From contig JBHGNT010000125.1 of the NCBI GenBank assembly GCA_043228905.1, positions 8,953 through 72,952 on the forward strand: a DNA stretch of 64,000 nt. The letters are read 5' to 3'. The number at the start of each line of letters is the position of its first letter. The first letter of the stretch is position 1. The DNA is from Azolla caroliniana. Lineage: Eukaryota > Plantae > Polypodiophyta. Shown one piece after another: positions 56,901 through 64,000 of this stretch. The notes beneath the pieces are model-generated. The model was given only the letters and a program-made list of their open reading frames with translations, did not search any database and was not told where the DNA came from. Position numbers and translations under genes: made by a program.

Positions 56901-59900
56901 GCCTTCTTCTCAACTCCCTCATCGAATTTACTAATTTCTTCACGTCTGTCGACCTGAGTTTTAAAATCTTGATTTTTAAATTCCATATCATAGGTAACGT
57001 TGTTAGCTTCGATTCGAATGTTTGAACACAAAAATCCGATATCACAAGGGCCAGGTATGAACATTTTAACATACTCACGCGCTCTTCTCAACTCCCTCCT
57101 CTAATTTGGTAATTTCGTCATGTCTCTCGAACTGAGTTTCAAAATCTTGATTTTCTAATTCCATATCATAAGTAACATTGTTAGCTTCGATTCGAATGTT
57201 TGAACACAGAAATCGGATATCACACGGGCCAGGTATGACCATTTTAACTTACTTACGCGCTATTCTCAACTCCCTCCTCAAATTAGGTAATTTCGTCATG
57301 TCTCTCGACCTGGGTTTTGAAATCTTGATTTTTTAATTCCATATCATAGGTAGCGTTGTTAGCTTCGATTCGAATGTTTGAACACAAAAATCCGATATCA
57401 CACGGCCCAGGTATGAACATTTTCACTTACTCACGCGCTATTCTCAACTCCCTGCTCAAATTTGGTAATTTCGTCATGTCTCTCGACCTGAATTTCAAAA
57501 TTTGGATTTTGTAATTTCATATGATAGCTAGCGTTGTTAACTTCGATTCGCATGTTTGAACACCAAAATCCGATATCGAATGGGCCAGGTATGAACATTT
57601 TAATTTACTCACGGTTCTTCTCAACTCCCTCCTCGAATTTACTAATTTCTTCATGTCTCTCGACCTGAATTTTAAAATCTTGATTTTTAAATTCCATATA
57701 ATAGGTAACGTTGTTAGCTTCGATTCGAATGTTTGAACACAGAAATCGGATATCACACGGGCCAGGTATGACAATTTAACTTACTTACGCGCTCTTCTCA
57801 ACTCCCTCCTCAAATTTGGTAATTTCGTCATGTCTCTCGACCTGGGTTTTGAAATCTTGATTTTTTAATTCCATATCATAGGTAGCGTTGTTAGCTTCGA
57901 TTCGCATGTTTGAATACGAAAATCCGATATCACACGAGCCAGGTATGAACATTTAAATTTACTCACGCGCTATTCTCAACTCCCTCCTTAAATTTGGTAA
58001 TTTCGTCATGTCTCTTGACCTGAGTGTCAAAATTTGGATTTTGTAATTCCATATCATAGCTAGCGTTGTTAGCTTCGATTCGCATGTTTGAACACCAAAA
58101 TCCGATATCGAATGGGCCAGGTATGAACATTTTAATTTACTCACGCCTTCTTCTCAACTCCCTCCTCGAATTTACTAATTTCTTCACGTCTGTCGACCTG
58201 AGTTTTAAAATCTTGATTTTTTAATTCCATATCATAGGTAACGTTGTTAGCTTCGATTCGAATGTTTGAACACAAAAATCGGATATCACAAGGGCCAGGT
58301 ATGAACATTTTAACATACTCACGCGCTCTTCTCAACTCCCTCCTCTAATTTGGTAATTTCGTCATGTCTCTCGAACTGAGTTTCAAAATCTTGATTTTCT
58401 AATTCCATATCATAAGTAACATTGTTAGCTTCGATTCGAATGTTTGAACACTGAAATCGTATATCACACGGGCCAGGTATGAACATTTTAACTTACTTAC
58501 GCGCTATTCTCAACTCCCTCCTCAAATTTGGTAATTTCGTCATGTCTCTCGACCTGGGTTTCGAAATCTGGATTTTTTAATTCCATATCATAGGTAGCGT
58601 TGTTAGCTTCGATTCGCATGTTTGAACACAAAAATCTGATATCACACTGGCTAGGTATGAACATTTTAATTTACTCACGCGCTATTGTCAACTCCCTCCT
58701 CAAATTTCGTAATTTCGTCATGTTTCTCGACCTGAGTTTCAAAATCTGGATTTTATAATTCCATATCATAACTAGCGTTGTTAGCTTCGATTCGCATGTT
58801 TGAACACCAAAATCGGATATCACACGGGCCAGGTATGAACATTTTAATTTTATCACGCGCTGTTCTCAACTCCCTCCTCAAATTTGGTAATTTCGTCATG
58901 TCTCCCGAACTGAGTTTCAAAATCTTGATTTTCTAATTCCATATAATAGGTAACGTTGTTAGCTTCGATTCGCATATTTGAACACAGAAATCCGATATCA
59001 CACGAGCCAGGTATGAACATTTAAATTTACGCACGCGCTCTTCTCAACTCCCTCCTCAAATTTGGTAATTTCCTCATGTCTCTTGACCTGAGTGTCAAAA
59101 TTTGGATTTTTTAATTCCATATCATAGCTAGCGTTGTTAGCTTCGATTCGAATGTTTGAACACAAAAATCCGATATCACACGGCCCAGGTATGAACATTT
59201 TCACTTACTCACGCGCTATTCTCAACTCCCTGCTCAAATTTGGTAATTTCGTCATGTCTCTCGACCTGAATTTCAAAATTTGGATTTTGTAATTTCATAT
59301 GATAGCTAGCGTTGTTAATTTCGATTCGCATGTTTGAACACCAAAATCCGATATCGAATGGGCCAGGTATGAACATTTTAATTTACTCACGGCTTCTTCT
59401 CAACTCCCTCCTCGAATTTACTAATTTCTTCATGTCTCTCGACCTGAGTTTTAAAATCTTGATTTTCAAATTCCATATCATAGGTAACGTTGTTAGCTTC
59501 GATTCGAATGTTTGAACACAAAAATCCGATATCACAAGGGCCAGGTATGAACATTTTAACATACTCACGCGCTCTTCTCAACTCCCTCCTCTAATTTGGT
59601 AATTTCGTCATGTCTCTCGAACTGAGTTTCAAAATCTTGATTTTTTAATTCCATATCATAGGTAGCGTTGTTAGCTTCGATTCGCAAGTTTGAACACAAA
59701 AATCCGATATCACACGGGCCAGGTATGAACATTTAAATTTACTCACACGCTATTCTCAACTCCCTCAAATTTGGTAATTTCGTCATGTTTCTCGACCTGA
59801 ATTTCAAAATTTGGATTTTGTAATTCCATATGATAGCTAGCGTTGTTAACTTCGATTCGCATGTTTGAACACCAAAATCCGATATCGAATGGGCCAGGTA

Positions 59901-61200
59901 TGAACATTTTAATTTACTCACGCCTTCTTCTCAACTCCCTCATCGAATTTACTAATTTCTTCACGTCTGTCGACCTGAGTTTTAAAATCTTGATTTTGAC
60001 ATTCCATATCATAGGTAACGTTGTTAGCTTCGATTCGAATGTTTGAACACAAAAATCCGATATCACAAGGGCCAGGTATGAACATTTTAACATACTCACG
60101 CGCTCTTCTCAACTCCCTCCTCTAATTTGGTAATTTCGTCATGTCTCTCGAACTGAGTTTCAAAATCTTGATTTTCTAATTCCATATCATAAGTAACATT
60201 GTTAGCTTCGATTCGAATGTTTGAACACAGAAATCGGATATCACACGGGCCAGGTATGAACATTTTAACTTACTTACGCGCTATTCTCAACTCCCTCCTC
60301 AAATTTGGTAATTTCTTCATGTCTCTCGACCTGGGTTTTGAAATCTGGATTTTTTAATTCCATATCATAGGTAGCGTTGTTAGCTTCGATTCGCATGTTT
60401 GAACACAAAAATCTGATATCACACTGGCTAGGTATGAACATTTTAATTTACTCACGCGCTATTGTCAACTCCCTCCTCAAATTTCGTAATTTCGTCATGT
60501 TTCTCGACCTGAGTTTCAAAATCTGGATTTTGTAATTCCATATCATAACTAGCGTTGTTAGCTTCGATTCGCATGTTTGAACACCAAAATCGGATATCAC
60601 ACGGGCCAGGTATGAACATTTTAATTTTATCACGCGCTGTTCTCAACTCCCTCCTCAAATTTGGTAATTTCGTCATGTCTCCCGAACTGAGTTTCAAAAT
60701 CTTGATTTTCTAATTCCATATAATAGGTAACGTTGTTAGCTTCGATTCGCATATTTGAACACAGAAATCCGATATCACACGAGCCAGGTATGAACATTTA
60801 AATTTACGCACGCGCTCTTCTCAACTCCCTCCTCAAATTTGGTAATTTCGTCATGTCTCTCGACCTGAGTGTCATAATCTGGATTTTTTAATTCCATATC
60901 ATAGCTAGCGTTGTTAGCTTCGATTCGAATGTTTGAACACAAAAATCCGATATCACACAGCCCAGGTATGAACATTTTCACTTACTCACGCGCTATTCTC
61001 AACTCCCTGCTCAAATTTGGTAATTTCGTCATGTCTCTCGACCTGAATTTCAAAATTTGGATTTTGTAATTCCATATGATAGCTAGCGTTGTTAACTTCG
61101 ATTCGCATGTTTGAACACCAAAATCCGATATCGAATGGGCCAGGTATGAACATTTTAATTTACTCACGGCTTCTTCTCAACTCCCTCCTCGAATTTACTA
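50960..61200 (-). repeat. Overlapping block duplications with periods of about 4628 (26-mer), about 3025 (17-mer) and 1602 bp (9-mer)
   Basis: Offsets 51345/55973 and 52090/56718 are 4628; 55116/58141 and 55973/58998 are 3025; 53514/55116 is 1602. Boundaries are approximate. Confidence 0.8.
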
Positions 61201-61871
61201 ATTTCTTCATGTCTCTCGACCTGAGTTTTAAAATCTTGATTTTCTAATTCCATGTAATAGGTAACGTTGTTAGCTTCGATTCGTATATTTGAACTCAAAA
61301 ATCCGATATCACACGAGCCAGGTATGAACATTTAAATTTACTCACGCGCTATTCTCAACTCCCTCCTCAAATTTGGTAATTTCGTAATGTCTCTCGACCT
61401 GAGTGTCAAAATCTGGATTTTTTAAATCTATATCATAGCTAGCGTTGTTAGCTTCGATTCGAATGTTTGAACACAAAAATCCGATATCACACGGCCCGGT
61501 CTGAACATTTTAATTTACTCACGCCTTCTTCTCAACTCCCTCCTCGAATTTACTAATTTCTTCATGTCTCTCGACCTGAGTTTTAAAATCTTGATTTTTA
61601 AATTCCATATCATAGGTAATGTTGTTAGCTTCGATTCGAATGTTTGAACACCAAAATCCGATATCACAAGGGCCAGGTATGAACATTTTAACATACTCAC
61701 ACGCTCTTCTCAACTCCCTCCTCTAATTTGGTAATTTCGTCATGTCTCTCGAACTGAGTTTCAAAATCTTGATTTTTTAATTCTATATCATAGGTAGCGT
61801 TGTTAGCTTCGATTCGCATGTTTGAACACAAAAATCTGATATCACACTGGCTAGGTATGAACATTTTAATT

Positions 61872-62533
61872 TACTCACGCGCTCTTCTCAACTCCCTCCT
61901 CAAATTTGGTAATTTCGTCATGTCTCTCGACCTGGGTTTCAAAATCTTGATTTTGTAATTCCATATCATACGTAACGTTGTTATCTTCGATTCGAATGTT
62001 TGTCCACAAAAATCCGAGATCACACGGTCCAGGTATCAACATTTTAACTTACTCACGCGCTGTTCTCAACTCCCTCCTCAAATTTCGTAATTTCGTAATC
62101 AAGATTTTGAAAATCAGTTCGGGAGACATGACAAAATTACCAAATTTGAGGAGGGAGTTGAGAAGAGCGCGTGCGTAAGTTAAAATGTTCATTCCTGGCT
62201 CGTGTGATATCGGATTTTTGTGTTCAAACATGCGAATCGAAGTTAACAACGTTATCTATGATATGGAATTAGATAATCAAGATTTTGAAACTCAGTTCGC
62301 GAGACATGACGAAATTACCAAATTTGAGGAGGGAGTTGAGAACAGCGCGTGAGTAAGTTAAAATGTTGATACCTGGACCGTGTGATCTCGGATTTTTGTG
62401 GACAAACATTCGAATCGAAGATAACAACGTTACGTATGATATGGAATTACAAAATCAAGATTTTGAAACCCAGGTCGAGAGACATGACGAAATTACCAAA
62501 TTTGAGGAGGGAGTTGAGAAGAGCGCGTGAGTA
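61872..62533. repeat. Perfect 214-bp inverted repeat (61872-62085 / 62320-62533) at inversion junction 2; extends to 62096/62309 with one mismatch, leaving a 212-bp spacer
   Basis: Both arms combine GTGGACAAAC...GAAGATAAC with TACGTATGATATGG. Other copies of this monomer type that I checked have TACCTATGCTATGG. Confidence 0.9.
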
Positions 62534-63863
62534 TGTTAAAATGTTCATACCTGGCCCGTGTGATATCGGATTTTTGTGTTCAAATATTCTAATCGAAGCT
62601 AACAACATTACCTATGATATGGAATTAAAAAATCCAGATCGAGAGACATCACGAAATTACCAAATTTGAGGAGGGAGTTGAAAAAAGCGCGTGAGTATGT
62701 TAAAATGTTCATACCTGGCCCGTGTGATATCGGATTTTGGTGTTCAAACATGTGAATCGAAGCTAACAACGTTACGTATGATATGGAATTAAAAAATCAA
62801 GATTTTGAAACTCAGTTCGAGAGACATGACGAAATTACCAAATTTGAGGAGGGAGTTGAGAACAGCGCGTGATAAAATTAAAATGTTCATACCTGGCCCG
62901 TGTGATATCCGAGTCTGGTGTTCAAACATGCGAATCGAAGCTAACAACGCTAGTTATGATATGGAATTACAAAATCCAGATTTTGACACTCCGGTCGAGA
63001 GACATGACGAAATTACCAAATTTAGGAGGGAGTTGAGAAGAAGGCGTGAGTAAATTAAAATGTTCATACCTGGCCCGTGTGATATCCGATTTTGGTGTTC
63101 AAACATGCGAATCGAAGCTAACAACGCTAGCTATGATATCCAATTCCAAAATCCCGATTTTGAAACTCAGGTCGAGAGACATGACGAAATTACCAAATTT
63201 GAGGAGAGAGTTAAGAAGAGCGCGTGAGTAAGTTAAAATGTTCATACCTGGACCGTGTGATATCGGATTTTTGTGTTCAAACATTCGAATCGAAGCTAAC
63301 AACGTTACCTATCATATGGAATTTAAAAATCAAGATTTTGAAACTCAGGTCGAGAGACATGAAAAAATTAGTAAATTCGAGGAGGGAGTTGAGAAGAAGC
63401 CGTGAGTAAATTAAAATGTTCATACCTGGCCCATTCGATATCGGATTTTGGTGTTCAAACATGCGAATCGAAGTTAACAACGCTAGCTATCATATGGAAT
63501 TACAAAATCCAAATTTTGAAATTCAGGTCGAGAGACATGACGAAATTACCAAATTTGAGCAGGGAGTTGAGAATAGCGCGTGAGTAAGTTAAAATGTTCA
63601 TACCTGGGTCGTGTGATATCGGATTTTTGTGTTCAAACATTCGAATCGAAGCTAACAACGCTAGCTATAATATGGAATACAAAAATCCAGATTTTGACAT
63701 TCAGGTCGAGAGACATGACGAAATTACCAAATTTGAGGAGGGAGTTGAGAATAGCGCGTGAGTAAATTTAAATGTTCATACCTGGCTCGTGTGATATCGG
63801 ATTTTTGTGTTCAAACATGCGAATCGAAGCTAACAACGTTACCTATTATATGGAATAAGAAGC
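62097..63863 (+). repeat. Satellite domain 3, forward-oriented island (about 10 monomers, more divergent)
   Basis: AATCAAGATTTTG starts at 62097 and forward monomers continue to about 63860. Confidence 0.95.
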
Positions 63864-64000
63864 TAACATACTCACGCGCTCTTCTCAACTCCCTCTTCAT
63901 ATTTGGTAATTTCGTCATGTCTCTCGAACTGAGTTTCAAAATCTTGATTTTTTAATTCTATATCATAGGTAGCATTGTTAGCTTCGATTCGCATGTTTGA
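63864..64000 (-). repeat. Satellite domain 4, reverse orientation (truncated by the window end)
   Basis: TAACATACTCACGCGCTCTTCTCAACTCC starts at 63864. Confidence 0.93.

Larger units (their letters stand above)
7599..62096 (-). repeat. Satellite domain 2, reverse orientation (about 54.5 kb)
   Basis: Monomers read ...CTCAACTCCCTCCTC... on the + strand, from CTCCCTCATCGA at 7599 to AATTTCGT ending at 62096. Confidence 0.97.
1..64000. repeat. 178-bp tandem satellite DNA array (about 360 monomers), possibly centromeric or pericentromeric
   Basis: A continuous repeat with approximate consensus GCGTGAGTAAGTTAAAATGTTCATACCTGGCCCGTGTGATATCGGATTTTTGTGTTCAAACATTCGAATCGAAGCTAACAACGTTACCTATGATATGGAATTAAAAAATCAAGATTTTGAAACTCAGGTCGAGAGACATGACGAAATTACCAAATTTGAGGAGGGAGTTGAGAAGAGC. 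ORF coordinates step by 178 (e.g. 8035/8213; 9103/9281/9459). No non-satellite sequence was seen. Chromosomal location is an inference. Confidence 0.98.

Noticed and set aside
7491-62533. A transposon bounded by terminal inverted repeats
   Set aside because: The inverted repeats are satellite monomers local to each junction. There is no transposase or target-site duplication, and no foreign insertion anywhere in the window.
123-63955. Hundreds of similar 60-130 aa ORFs (MSKLKCSYLA..., MFIPGPCDIGF...)
   Set aside because: They are translations of the 178-bp monomer. The unit length is not a multiple of 3, so frames shift and stop every 1-2 units. They overlap in several frames, many use alternative starts, and I recognise no domain.
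1-64000. CRISPR array or variable-cassette (antigenic variation / diversity-generating) system
   Set aside because: There are no unique spacers, no cas, reverse transcriptase or recombinase genes, and no expression locus. Variation consists of SNP alleles spread over the whole monomer.
1-64000. Identity with Arabidopsis CEN178/CEN180 or primate alpha satellite
   Set aside because: Only the length is similar. I recognise none of their characteristic sequence, and a database search is needed to name the family.
1-64000. CENP-B box or heat-shock element in the TTCGAATCGAA motif
   Set aside because: It does not fit TTCG-N4-A-N2-CGGG or the nGAAnnTTCn spacing.
1-64000. 5S rDNA, tRNA or snRNA tandem array
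   Set aside because: No recognisable 5S sequence, A/B/C boxes or cloverleaf structure, and large internal deletions are tolerated.
1-64000. A single fixed higher-order repeat period
   Set aside because: Observed periods vary (6, 8, 9, 13, 17, 25, 26, 31 and about 83 monomers), and each repeats only a few times.

Overview
The whole 64-kb window is one tandem satellite array with a 178-bp monomer (about 360 copies, about 38% GC by hand count of one representative monomer), typical of eukaryotic centromeric, pericentromeric or subtelomeric heterochromatin. I cannot assign it to a named family or species. I found no real genes, RNA genes, transposons or CRISPR arrays; every ORF in the track is a translation of the satellite monomer. 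The array switches strand three times (about 7598, 62096/62097 and about 63863). The first two switches share a fold-back geometry, with a perfect inverted copy beginning about 210 bp from the junction; the third has a short templated insertion. The array is built from nested block duplications (1068 bp, about 4.45-4.63 kb, 5.41 kb, 14.4 kb) that can be traced with truncated marker monomers. It also preserves individual repair events: microhomology deletions, locally templated insertions and a micro gene-conversion tract. The interest here is satellite evolution and repair mechanism, not a new protein-coding system.
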